From the NCBI GenBank assembly GCA_012295275.1, contig CM022678.1:13950001-14014000 (forward strand): a DNA stretch of 64,000 bases. Reading direction: 5' to 3'. The stretch is from Chrysomallon squamiferum (Eukaryota > Animalia > Mollusca). The position numbers and the translations under genes were made by a program. This document shows positions 13,039-25,906 of this stretch, piece after piece (the first letter of the stretch is position 1; each line of letters opens with the position of its first letter). The notes beneath the pieces are model-generated. The model had not been told where the DNA came from, did not search any database, and saw only the letters and a program-made list of their open reading frames with translations.

Positions 13039-14473
13039 CAGAGTTCATACAGCCAGGGCAAATTGAAATTCAAAGGCTTTGTCAAGGTATTTTCAATATG
13101 CCATAAAATCACTGCAATAACTTGGACTATATCTCTCTTAATTCTTTACATAAGTATGGTATTTGGAACAAGATTAATAATTATAAAGCTAATTTTTACG
13201 AAGAATTAACATAAGTCTACCTAATAGCACATGTAGTTCCAAAATATTAAAACTGTGTCAGTACATACTCACCAAGTATATTCATATTAATACACTTACA
13301 AAAATAAAGTTACACAGGCTGTACTGTTTCAGACAGACTTTGCTCCAATTTCTGCTTCTGTGTCCTTCAGCTGTCAAGTTTTGTCCTTTGCTGTCCATCT
13401 GAATGAATTGGAATTGGTCACAAATGTTAGATTTCCTGTTACTTCTGCTTTCTCAGTTTATCTGCTGATTCAATATAAGTTTTCATTTGCTGTTCCTCTG
13501 TTTGCAGTTTATCTAACTGTCTCTTTCTCTTCTGTCAGAGAATTGATATATTTCTGTCTGTAGAAGCTTTTAATTTATTTCAACATGTCACCTACTGTTT
13601 TTTCTCCATTCCACCACATTTCTAATTGAGAAAACCTCTCGCAGTGGCCTGTCCATGTGAGAGAGTCAACAACATTTTAATCACAGAATAAAAAAAATTG
13701 TGTTTATCAGAAGAACACATCCACTGTTGGAGCTGAAAGTGCATAATGAATCATACTCAAACATTGAAATACTGTCAACAAAAGTGCAGTACTGCTGTAC
13801 AGTTCCATAAATGGGTAAACCTGACAGAACTTGTTTAACATATTCTGAGGCTCGCTGAGGTGTTTCTTAGCACATAGTACAATGCTCCAGCATTTCTTAA
13901 GAAGTGCTATCAAAAATGCTTTACATTCCTCCCTTCTTGGACTGTTTTACTGCATCTTTATCTGCTTTATCTGTATTAAATTCTATATCTTTGTGATTAA
14001 CATGATTGGTTTTGCATGTTTTGAACAGTTTCTCTGTTGTTGTCGAAAAAATGTTTCACTCTCCTTGGTTCACAACATAATTTATCAGCATCTGCGATGA
14101 TTGGTTATTGTATATCATGGGAAGCTACTTGGGTGTAAATATGCGGTGGAGCAAAACAGAAGTTCATAGAAATCACATCAAACCATTACATCAAAAACTA
14201 ACCTGTCTATTTATATGCAACAATCCAGTATTATGGTGGTTCTGGCTGTAAAGGATTTCTCAGCTAAATTTAGATGAAGTAGGGACAGGATATATTCTGG
14301 CAATTATTTTTCACAACAAGATATTTATTTAGTCTAAATAAATATTAGAAAATATTTTTATATTAATGTTTTATTTTCAAGGAGTTTCTTGAGAATTTCA
14401 AGGACCTTTTACAGATAAAACATTGGTTTTTACAATTCAAGGAGTTTTCAATTTGTTCAGTTCAAATTCAAAG
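13039..14473 (-). mobile_element. Decayed hAT-like DNA transposon
   Basis: Minus strand at about 13628-13670 reads LTLSHGQATARGF, a decayed form of the LSHGQAxVERGFS hAT dimerisation-like motif. Begins cagagttcatacag; ttcaagg(a)-type subterminal words cluster near both ends. Right terminus not seen. Confidence 0.55.
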
Positions 14474-15360
14474 ACAAAACCTAAGCCTAACCCTATCCAC
14501 CTATCCCAGGGATTCTGTCAGAAGGGTAGCAGGGAAGAAAAGCCTAACATAAAATTTTCCAAGGGTAGAAAAACCTATTTTGATATTTGATGAACAAAAA
14601 AAATGTTTTAACCTATCTTTTATATTTTTAATCCAGTACTCTAACAAAACTAAGGAGGGTGTGATGCCTCACCATTATAAGGATAACAATGACAAAAATG
14701 CTTACAGCAGTGATTCTGATAACTGATCTCCATATCACAAAGCAAAATAAAAATAATGATGAACTGCTCTATACAAAATTGTAGGCAGATCTTATGACAT
14801 AGATATAACAGGTTTTTGATTGACAGGTATATTCAGTTAGCAGCTGACTTAAATGCACCATCCAGAATCCTTTTCCCAGCTTCTTTCAAGTTCCAGACAT
14901 CACAAATGATGATCCAGATGTTCTATGAGACAACCCCGATTCACCAGATGTAGACTTTCCAGATATTACTCAAATTTAATTTAGACTGATTGTAGTGGAT
15001 TTACAGCAGAGATTATGGTAAACAATAAAAATGACTGCTTTTTTTCATACCTTTTATGTAATGTTTTATAAGCAGGATTATTTTTCTTTGCTTTTTTATT
15101 CTCATGCCACTAGATTTTATGCATGAGTAAGGTGTCCTGGAATCAGCTATACAGTACACTATAATGGATTATTTTGCCAATTTTTACCCCAAGCTTCACT
15201 GGTTCAGGAAATCTCCAGGTCTGGATTAGTGAGATTCATGCACGCATGCACGTACACACACACACACACACATACACACTGAAAGAACATAAAATGGTTT
15301 ATTTTTGAGAGAAATATGCAGTAAGAACCCAGGAATCTATTAAAAAATAAATACACATAC

Positions 15361-15444
15361 CTCTGCCACCTTTCCTAGAAGTGTATCTCCATTTAGTGTC
15401 TTCATCTTTTCATTCTGTACCCCTCCTAGAGATGTATGCCCTTC
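15361..15444 (-). CDS. REC114: REC114 coding exon 5
   Basis: ttgtacag acceptor and GAG|gtatgt donor, 84 nt, phase 0/0; EGHTSLGGVQNEKMKTLNGDTLLGKVAE, whose end resembles human DGRTSLTQLAQ. An alternative in-frame acceptor would start the exon at 15414. Confidence 0.7.
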
Positions 15445-16580
15445 CTGTACAATTTATAATGATGATGATTTTCAGAAATGAGACAAGATATTTTATAATC
15501 ATCAGAAATGCACATTGTTATTAAAATCTTGGTATCAGATACCATTTCAGAAATCAGCAATTGTTGATGAACATAAAGCACATCAGATCTATGAAATTAA
15601 AATCATTAAAAGATTGGTTTAATATAAAAGTTAAACAAATATGTTTATTAAATATATAAATAATTATTATGAAAATGGATGCAGATAAATAAATTTAAAA
15701 ATATAAAAAAGGTAAAATGGTATTATTGGAAAATGTCAATAAATAATTAAACCCACTGAATGTTATTTAATTATACTGTGCATATTATCAGAAGGTAATA
15801 GTATGTTTGCTTAGTACAGTAACATTACGGTGAACAAGAGACAAGCAGGATAAATATAAAAATACTTGAGAATAAATTTTTTGTTACTGTAATTTATTTA
15901 CCTTCCATAATATTTTTTTTTAATATTATTCTCATAAAAGTTTTATGGTCAGTATTAAAGGCATGACTTGTCTGATAAGATTATAGTAATTGTAGATAGC
16001 AGTTATTATATAAATAAGTATCACTTAATATTTTATGCCATACAACTTCACTCAATCTTTTTGATGTTTAAATTTGTTATAATTATATAATAATATCCAT
16101 AATAAGAGTATGAAATACAACCACTAACCAATACTTAACTTGTCATGGTTAATAAATGTAACTGTTTTAAGTAAATGAAAATAAGTAGATTTGGTAACGT
16201 ATTTTAATACATTAATGATGAAAACATGATCCACTGATTGTTGTTACCTGCTACGTACAATCATATTTTCATCTTGCATGTTTACTTATTTTATTTTGTA
16301 TTATTATCATTTTTTTAAATTCTTTTAAATATTACTATGAAATTCATTAATTTCTTTAACCTAAATAATTTAGTAGCTTGTAATTAAATATGCTTTAAAT
16401 CTTGTTTCAAGTCTTTAAAAAATTAATGATACAAGTACTTACTAAAATAATATACTATAAATCAAGATATTTACAAACAGATATTTAGAAAACAAGATAT
16501 TTAGAAATAAACAAAAAAGAAAGAAATAAAAGTAAATCAGATGAGTAATCAATCATATATGTATATATTTTAATTTTCAC

Positions 16581-16757
16581 CTTGATGGCATTAGCTGTGT
16601 CTGTTTCAATGTCTGTCACTGAGATGGACAGGTCAGTTTCTGTGTTTAGTTTAATTGGAAAATAATTTGACAGCTGCTTGACACACTCATCACACATTGC
16701 AATGCCTTTAATTTCATTGGTTCCATAAAACTTGAATCTGAAACGTCGAGTTTCATT
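16581..16757 (-). CDS. REC114: REC114 coding exon 4
   Basis: tttcag acceptor and AAG|gtgaaa donor, 177 nt; NETRRFRFKFYGTNEIKGIAMCDECVKQLSNYFPIK..., matching the R.FR.QF...C..CV..L..Y motif at the end of the REC114 PH domain. Confidence 0.9.
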
Positions 16758-16939
16758 CTGAAATTAAATATGCAATAATAATATAAATAGGACAGGTTCA
16801 CTTACTGTGATTTATTTTAGGAACGATAATATTACTTTTTCTCTCTATTTTTTTTAAAAGAAAATATTACATGTAAAATTTTACTGGATAAAATGGAAGA
16901 TATAATCAAATTTGTTACCTTACTATTTATTGTGATTAC

Positions 16940-17023
16940 CTTCGTTTTAATCATGATCAGCATACTGTCTGATTTAGCCATACCTCGCATAATGGCCTTG
17001 GCTGCATTAAGTGAATAGCTTTC
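16940..17023 (-). CDS. REC114: REC114 coding exon 3
   Basis: ttttgctttaaag acceptor and AAG|gtaatc donor, 84 nt; ESYSLNAAKAIMRGMAKSDSMLIMIKTK (human EGFSL...VRRVDCLLF). Confidence 0.88.
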
Positions 17024-17503
17024 CTTTAAAGCAAAAGTAAGTTACTGTATTCTAATAACAATAAACAATAGCCCTTAGTAGTGGTAGTTGTAGAATGAGA
17101 TGTACCAACTACAACAAAAACAATAGGCTACCTTTTTAAAAACAAGCTGTTAAGATTATTTTCAAACTGAAATATATATTACTGATTATTATAAATCTGA
17201 TATTAAAAGTAATATTATAAATTTCTTATAACTTTCCTAGCTAGAATACACTGTCAGTCTATCACTGGAATGATATCAATTGCAGAAGAACATTCCTATT
17301 TGTTCACCATTTAAAGAAAGCCCTGTATCGGCAAATGATGATTAGCCAGTTTTGTCTCTCTGTGCTGTTTGCTCATCATTTTAAAAATGGCCCAGTAAAA
17401 ACAAATGATAATTAAACTTATACATACAAAAAGTTACTCAGGCAATGACTTTTAGAGATCATATACATATTTTTGAAAATCTGAGATATCCAAGAGATAC
17501 ATA

Positions 17504-18213
17504 ACAGGGTAGGCTGAAAAGTTCATATGCTAACTACAAAAGACCAAAGCCAGAAAAATTATACTTTGCATTAATTTGAAGTCTTCAGATTACTAACTGT
17601 ATGCTTTAGTTACTGGTAAAACTACATTTTATTGTTCACAGAGGACTTCAAAAGATATTATTAGTTGCAACTTTCGATTCATTGTTATTCAGTAACTGCA
17701 AAAGAAGAGCTTGACCCCCAAGGATATTCATGCTGATATTGTCTGTGTATTTGAGGGATGATGCCCGAGCTTTATCAGAAATGGACTGCCTGGAACTGCC
17801 AAAACCTACGATAATATTGACTATAAGCATCACATATGGACAATAGATGATTGTTTTATCAATGAAAGAATGGAGAATATTCTGCACACAGAACTTAGAA
17901 TGTTTAAGGTTTCTGCATGATGGACATCTCATCTTCTGACACCTGATCATGCTGTTTTGTAGAAGATCCATCTAATTTCATTCAGGATTACCTAACCCTG
18001 GATGTATGTTGTATCCATCATCTTCTGCCAGAGACAAAGAAGCAATCAATGCAATGGAAACACATTCCTTCAAAGAAGGCCAAGGTTGTCTCAAAGCCAT
18101 GGAAGGTGATGTCTCAGTATTTTGGAATGCAAAGGATAATGTGTTTGTAGACTACATTCAAAAGGGCCAATCCATACCATGGATAGCTTAGAGACTTTTC
18201 AGCCTACTCTCGT
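17504..18213 (+). mobile_element. Mariner-family element, internally deleted and decayed
   Basis: Inverted termini acagggtaggctgaaaagtt and gacttttcagcctactctcgt; residual peptides LTPKDIHADIV and VSVFWNAKDNVFVDYIQKGQSI typical of mariner transposases. Confidence 0.8.
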
Positions 18214-19013
18214 GGACTGGAACATTATCAGCTTAAAAGTGTACACACAATCAGCCTAATGTCAGCACATTTTAGCATGTGTTAAACTTCTGAAATCACA
18301 CACATAATATGGAGAGAATTATATGGAGAGAAACCACTTATGAGATTCTTAATTTGAAATTTGGAAAATAAATCACATCTTTAACAAAAATGTAACAAAA
18401 TTGGAATACTTTACTAATGTTAAGATTATCCAGAAATTAGATAATCACAGAAGTTTTAGCACTATATGTATAGCTATTGTAAAATGTACAACATTTGTTT
18501 TCTTTTACTTATAATAATATTATATATATTGATTTCCTTAGTATTACATTGTAAATAAAAATAAATAAATAATATAAAATAAAAGAAATAAAAAATAAAA
18601 GTAAAAGGCATAAATTAATGTGCATATATTTATACATGTTAGAGTCAATCTGTGAAACTATTCATCATGCACAATGACTAAACAAACAATCATTTTATGA
18701 AATGCCTATGATGATGAGGCAGTATGTGAAACAACTGAAAATCATAGCCAGCCATTATGCAAAATTACAAAAGTGATTCAAGTCTTATGTTAATATTTGT
18801 ATGAAGCCTTTTGGTTTAAAATACTACTTAATACTACTTTATTATGTTTACACACAATCAGTTTGATTTGAGCCTTCAATGTTTACTTACTGATAGTGAT
18901 GTAAATCATACCATGTCAGTGACCTTACACCAGCCAATTAATTATTAATCCAGTTGTGGTAGACATGGGTAGGTTAGGTGTAACTGTGCTGGTCCAGAGA
19001 TGAAAATCCAATA

Positions 19014-19617
19014 CAGTGGTATCTTGACTTACGACTGCCCCAACTTACAAGTTTTCACAGTTATGAGCAATCGCTTGGTCAGTTTTTTGCTTTGAGTTGC
19101 CAGCAAAAATCTGAGATATAAGTGAGCTTCAGATATGCTGCTGCTAGTTGGTGTAATGAACAACACAACATCTGGCCAGATATCACACATCTCACTTGTT
19201 TACTTCACATGGTTACCTTGCCGCAGAAGCATATCTGTTGTGTTGTTTGCGTTTTGTGCAATATTATGCCAAATTTCTTTTTTCTGACCATGGATTGTAA
19301 ATGACAGTGCTGAGAAGATTAAGGGGATAACGTCCACTGAATTAAAGCATGAAATTATAGAAAAACATGAGCAAGGTGTGCATGTAGTCGACTTGGCTAG
19401 GCAGTACAAGTGCAGTACCATATGGAAACAGAAAGAGTTGACAAAGGCTGTAACTCCAGCCAAAGGCATTAAAATAATTTGTCTGATCTCCAAGATAAAT
19501 ATATTTTACAAAACCAATTTATTTCTTTACATTCTCTTTTATTTTGTTTTTATATAATATTTGTCATTTATAAATACATTTTTCTTATTTAAAAACTTGT
19601 AAGTCAAGGTACCACTG
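19014..19617 (+). mobile_element. Tigger/pogo non-autonomous element with HTH remnant
   Basis: TA|cagtggtatcttgacttac ... gtaagtcaaggtaccactg|TA inverted repeats with TA duplication; internal ELKHEIIEKHEQGVHVVDLARQY...AVTPAKG (CENP-B/psq-type HTH). Confidence 0.88.
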
Positions 19618-19902
19618 TATATGCAAATATTTAAAAGAAAAAGAAATCAGTTGCTGTTAGCCTTGTGTGTTATGCAACATGTTATACCAATATGTTACTT
19701 TCATGATTTAGTTCTGATAATTAAACATTTGAGTTTAAATAAAGTGCTTCATTACGACTTGAGTGGTATGGTTACCAATAGCAATTTAATCATTTAGACT
19801 CCTGGTTATAATTTTTGCTCATTTTACCCTGGTTTATCCACAAACTGACTATAACATGTATAGACAGATCAATAAATAGATACATGTATTACAGAATGAC
19901 TA

Positions 19903-19905
<3 letters not shown>

Positions 19906-19944
<39 letters not shown>
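19906..19944. repeat. (CA)n microsatellite
   Basis: Pure dinucleotide run. Confidence 0.95.
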
Positions 19945-19947
<3 letters not shown>

Positions 19948-20145
19948 TGTTCCGGCGATATGTGCATATGATTATAATTAATTGAAAATGATAACATTAA
20001 AGATAATAATGCATACCTCTGTCATTCAGTTTCACTCCCTTACAAACTTTCTTTCTACTTTTCTGGAGACAATAACAAGAAGATCAACATCATCAAGTTA
20101 ACAACAAGAATGATAATTAAAAATAAAAAATATATTGATTCAAAC

Positions 20146-20229
20146 CAAAATGACATTTCCTTGACAGAGGATTAAATGAGCTGTTTCAGTAAGAGTGAGT
20201 ACTAGATCATCTTGTCGATCATCAAAGTA
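20146..20229 (-). CDS. REC114: REC114 coding exon 2
   Basis: tttgttttag acceptor and TTG|gtttga donor, 84 nt; YFDDRQDDLVLTLTETAHLILCQGNVIL (human VFDS...LVLTIVISGHFFIFQGQTLL). Confidence 0.88.
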
Positions 20230-21494
20230 CTAAAACAAACAAATAAAAATATATTTCTCTTTAAAAACTTAAATATTTCAAAGTATTAAAAGTAATAAAT
20301 AATATTAGTTGCTAATAATAATAATAATAATTACATCAAAGTAAATAATTTATATACATTTACAAATTCAATTGTTTAATAATGTAATTGATTAAGTAAT
20401 AAAATAAATGACTACATAAATAACTAATAAAAACCAATTAAATTCCATTTGAAATCTAAACTAATATTTCTAATAAATAAAATTAACAACATAAATAAAA
20501 TGTATACATTTTTGAGTCATTTAAAATTATATTTAAAAACAAAACTATGTAATAAAAATATTTAAAATATTTTCTAATAGTCTTTAATTCTAGCTATTAT
20601 CCATTGTATTTTTATCCCAGTTTCATATTTTTCAAATAAATCAGTTTTGTAAAATATTAATATTAAATGTACAGCAATCTCCCATTTTACAAGATTAATG
20701 GATATTCTTAAACAATTTTTTTTTTTTAAATAAAAAACTTATCATTTAAATGAAATGAAATATAATGTAATTATTGCAATGATCTTTTGAAAGACTTTTA
20801 TTTTTTTATTTTTTGTTTACTATTATAACATTTAAAAAAAAACCATAATAAATAAATAAAAAAAAATATTTGTGCAACTTAAAATACTCTCCATTTCTTA
20901 AGACCTGTACATTTTATTTTTTTAATTTAAGAAAAATCTTTGTAGGCATGTTCTTGCACAAGTGCTTCATTTACATGATACATCTGCCTTTCATCGCAGA
21001 CTTCTTCTTTTACAATATTTGGAATTTATATTATATATTTTTGTTTTTGCAGCTTTTTGATCATTGTAAAACTACAGTATATCTTTTCAAAGCAGCTACA
21101 GCTACCTACAAAACCCTTTTAATTATGCTTTGTTGTCTTCATTCAGTGTTATAAATATGAATGACTAACGCGTGCACACACACACACACACAAACACACA
21201 TGCTTGTGAAACTTAAAAACAGCTTTTATTTTTTTAATTCTTACTTAGACCACATTAGGCAAAACTTAGTACTAAATAAACATAAATAGAATTTATAAAC
21301 AGAGTTAACTTGAAAAATACAACCATGTAAATGAGGAATTGCTGTAAATTATAAAAAAATGTGGTTTAACAAAGATCGACAGCACTACCTTTCACTCAGA
21401 TAATCATTAGAGTTTGAAGCTAGAAATCCAACATCTCAGGTAAAGAAAAGATTGGATATTATCATTTACTGAGAACAGAAATGTTTTGAAGTAC

Positions 21495-21560
21495 CTGCCA
21501 TGTTCCTCCATTGTTATTATTTATATACCGAGCATAGCGTTCTAGTTTCCATGTAAACAT
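21495..21560 (-). CDS. REC114: REC114 coding exon 1
   Basis: MFTWKLERYARYINNNNGGTWQ then CAG|gtactt; carries the W.L.RYAR...W signature. An in-frame TAG lies just upstream of the ATG, and a tttttttgataccag acceptor 12 nt upstream implies a further 5' UTR exon. Confidence 0.88.
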
Positions 21561-22877
21561 CTTCCACTAACGCTGGTATCAAAAAAACACATAACACATG
21601 TGATAGCATAGTGAAAACATAGAGACCAACAAAATACAGAGAACATAACACTATATATCATACTAATCTGTAATTGTGTCTTATGTATAAGTGTGATTGT
21701 TTTTGTTTTTTTTGTTGTTGTTTTTTGTTTGAGTACTTCTTCAAATAAAATAATTTAACAATTATTTCATTATTGTGTAAAACTGATTACCTTAGATCAC
21801 AGTCAGTATGTAATAAAATTATTTTATTTATTTATTAACTAATCAATGATTAATTTATTTTATTATTAATATTTATTAAAATATTATAAAGATTAATATA
21901 TTATAGTATTGTTATTTTCAAAAAATTATTCTTAAACAATTGGCAGGTATCCACTGAAAATATATCGAAATTTATATTCTAAGGGGTTTCTATAACGGCG
22001 CAGTATAATTATATTTAAAAAGTTTACTTTTTCAAAATAAAACAATTACTCTTTTAGTAAATGATTTTACTGAATCATCTAGTAAAGTCTTAACGATTGT
22101 AAAGTTTTATCGACTTTTATGTCTTAAACAATAAATGCATAACTGTTTAATAAGTTAATATATTAAATATAATAAAAATAAATATATAACCTTAAAATGA
22201 ATGTAACAAAATATACTATTGCACTGATGTCAGTTTTAATGCATGACAACAAATTTCAAAGTCAACCGTCACACTCAGTCTCCCGCTGAAGGAACTCTAA
22301 ATATTTGCCAAAAAATTGTTAAAAAAAAGAAAAATGAAAAAAAAAAACTTACACTTTTATGTACGCATATACACATATTATTATTATTATTAGTAGTAGT
22401 AGTAATAGTAGTAGTATAATTATTATCTATTTCATTTCCATTTTTGAAACCAGTTCGTACTACTTCCTAAAAGAAATCTATATGATATCGTCATAAAATA
22501 ATAACAACTTATATGTATGTATACATGTAAATGTAGATTTTTTAGTATAGTATTTCAATTTTAACGCACACATGCACACTCGTATATATGTGTGTGTGTG
22601 CGTGTGTGTGTAATTAGATTTTCAAAATTACTTGCATGATAAGGCCACGTGTACAACATAGTGCCATAAGCATAGCAATTAATCAATATAGTAGGAGTAC
22701 TGGTGATTTGTATAACAGTGAGTTATCATCATCATTATCAATGTTAGTATTAGTGTTGATGTTATTATTGTTATTGCTGCTGCTACATGAGTGAATATAA
22801 ACTGCCTATATTTTTAATATGAACTGAATTTGTTGTATTTTAAAAATCTAAAAAAAAAAAAAAAAAAAAAAATCTAA

Positions 22878-22912
<35 letters not shown>

Positions 22913-23079
22913 GAATAACATAAAATATAAGAAGTTTCTGTACTGGAAAATGTTTTTCGTTTTTCTCTTTTACTTTTCCTTTTAGTTGGAATATGTACTG
23001 AAAGCGAGCTCTGTATTTCTTTCTTTTAAAATATTTAGCTAACACTAGTTGTTTAGTTATTAGTTTTACTATTCTTGTG

Positions 23080-23120
23080 TGACGTAATCAATTAATGTGC
23101 TTCCTTTACAAAATGGCGGC
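23080..23120 (+). promoter_or_regulatory. Putative MFF core promoter with CRE/ATF-like and YY1-like motifs
   Basis: TGACGTAA at 23080-23087 and CAAAATGGCGGC at 23109-23120, about 130 nt upstream of the proposed MFF ATG, in locally CpG-richer DNA. Confidence 0.55.
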
Positions 23121-23245
23121 TTCCACGGATAAATGAACATTAACGTAAGAAAAATGTTGATTATGTCATAGGGAACAGGAAAAGCGCTATAGAGTAATAA
23201 TTTTTTTTCTTATATAAAAGGGTTCAGTCAAAAAATATTGAAGAA

Positions 23246-23269
23246 ATGGACCGTGATAATTCGTATCAG
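23246..23269 (+). CDS. MFF: MFF coding exon 1 (putative)
   Basis: gaaATGG start context, MDRDNSYQ, CAG|gtaatt donor, phase 0 compatible with the next exon. Too short for homology support. Confidence 0.6.
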
Positions 23270-25045
23270 GTAATTTTTATATGTATTTATATCACTCAGA
23301 TTTTGAGGAGATAATTATTACTATTACTTACTACTACTAGTACTAGTACTAGTACTAGTAGTAGTATTACTTTATTAGGTAGCAATGCTAACGCAGTAAC
23401 GGCCACTAGGGGCACTCGCTACCTTTTCTTTTTCAGGACTGGAGCAAATTCCCAACCTCAAAAAAGTTACGCTAATTTATTATATGTTTTAAAGCAGAAT
23501 GAGATAAAATATTAGTTTATTTTGTTACGGGAATTTCGTAAAAAGACGTAATTGAAAATCCGAAAATAAAGCGAAACAGGGAAGTTGATAAAAATGACAG
23601 CTGAAAAAGCCTGAATTATACTTTTTATAGTGAATATTATATATTCATAATATTGGAGAAAAACTTTAAAAAACAAAACAACAGTGCTGAATAGATTATT
23701 TAGACCTGTCTTCTTTCACACTGTATTTTACAAATAATGTCTGTATTTGTTAATAGAAATTTGAAGTGAAACGGTAGTGCCCGATTCTTGAAAAATAACC
23801 ACTCAGGAGCGACAGTTCTGTATGCCATATATGATATAATATGGTCGTCTGCAGAAGTAAACATCAAAATAACAACAACTCTTACAAGGAATGATTTCAT
23901 ATTCATCAATTGATTAGGCCTAAAACATTTAACTCAGTAAGGCTACCTGTATTAAGGTATTCATAAAAAGAACACTTTACTGAATACAGAATAGGTAATG
24001 CAATTTGATAAAGATATCTCATGAAATAAGTTTTTTATGATTTAAATTGAGTATTTCTTATAAAAGTTGAGGGTATTTTTCATTTATAATCTATAGAGAA
24101 ACTGCAATTCATTTTTGTCATTTTGCAACATAAATGCCGAATATCTTATGTAGCATTAATCCAATATACATATATTATCTGTCAAAATGAAAGTTTTAGT
24201 AAGTTCAAAAGCTATACAGTATTTTTAAGCAAGCTGCTCAAGAATTTTAATGAATTAATTAATTGCATTGATTAGCTCAAATGTATCTTACACTTTAATT
24301 ATGTAATTCTCAAAAACTCCATTGAAATAGAAAGATAATTTTTGAGACTACTTGTAGAACAGTAGAGGCTTTACACGTTAAAGCATTTTACTAACATTAA
24401 CTTTCACCAGTCAATTAATTGCATTATTTAGAGTTTATTTGTGTAATGCCTTCATTATACATCTGTAACATTTCATAAAAATAAAACCATTGGTTATGAA
24501 TTATATCTGGAAATAGACTATTTGATGTTTTAAAAGCATCATACGATCATACCATACAACACATATTACTTGTATCATGCCACATAAATACTTGGTTACT
24601 CAGTAAAATCAATGAAACTTTGAACTTGAAAGACATTGGTTGTGGCTGCATCATTTGCTGAGAACACATGTATTTTGCTATGCAAAATTAAATACCTGCT
24701 ACCCTAGCAGACTGAGAGAAATGCATAATTGGTAATTTGTATATGATTTAATGTCTCAACTCAAGTGAGCTTACCTTGGACATGCGATGATCATTTTGAA
24801 ACAGTAAATGTGTCTGTTGATGCTCCGTTGTTTATCAAAGATCAAATGTCAGAAAATGAATACTGTGATACAGCTCAGTGTGTTTACTATGTCATAATAT
24901 TGTTTGTTTTTGAAATTGTGAAAAAAAGTGTGAATGAGGGAACACTGTTCAAGGTAAGAACAGCAGAGCTCTTACATTATTTGTTACATACCTATTTTAC
25001 AGCACTAGTGACTATACACTGCATAACGGAACTAGGATTAAACTG

Positions 25046-25906
25046 CAGTTGAAGCCTCATGTGTCAGTATTGCAGGGACCATAGAAAAGTACTGAGTTAA
25101 CCAAATATTGACTCAAACAATGTTAGTTATACAAAACACTGAACTTGCCCCCAAAAGGGTGCTCAAAAATGAAATACATAAATTAAAAATACACTTGTAG
25201 AATAATACTATTTTAACACAATGTAAGAATGAAAATAATTACTTCACTGAAACTAGTCAGTTCTTAGCAGTGCTCAAACCTAATGAATCAGAAGTAGAAT
25301 TGCTCATCTTTATAACAATTTCTGTAAACTGCAGGAACCAAATTTGAATAAATTAATTATAACAAGCTTGAACTTAGAAAATTTAAGAATAAAAACATGT
25401 ATTAGATGAAAAAACATGTATTAGATCTAACATACATCGGCCTACTTAACTAACAACTTTGACCTTCAGTTTTACTAATTTTAATAATACTAATGGAGAG
25501 TAACAATCCAGAAAGTGCAAAAATATGGGAAATTGTGAATGTAAACATTAACCTTTATAACAGCTTTATAATTCAGTAATGTAATAATGTAAGAAGTACA
25601 TCCAGACAAAAAAAAGTAAATAAACATCATATAATATAATCATAATGTAAATAAAAAAATGTACGTTGGAAACTTTTGGCTAGTTGAATGAAATTTGTCA
25701 GATAAGGATTGAAATGGGTGCATTTGTAAAATGTATGGAAAGTGGCTTGACAGATGGTTACTGTGATCATATAGTGTATAACTTAATAGTAATTAGAGGT
25801 AAGATTTTGATAGGAGTGTGAAGTTAAAAATTATGTGATTTTCCAGATCTGGTCTGGATTTCCTGAAATCTGGAAAACCGAGGTCTGTGAAATCAAGAGT
25901 CAACCG
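25046..25906. mobile_element. Possible decayed pogo/Tc1-type non-autonomous element
   Basis: cagttgaagcctc-like start and gagtcaaccg|ta end; the match between the ends is weak. Confidence 0.3.

Noticed and set aside
23401-23417. CTCF-like site ggccactaggggcac in MFF intron 1
   Set aside because: One base short of the CCASYAGRKGGCR spacing; not supportable from sequence alone.
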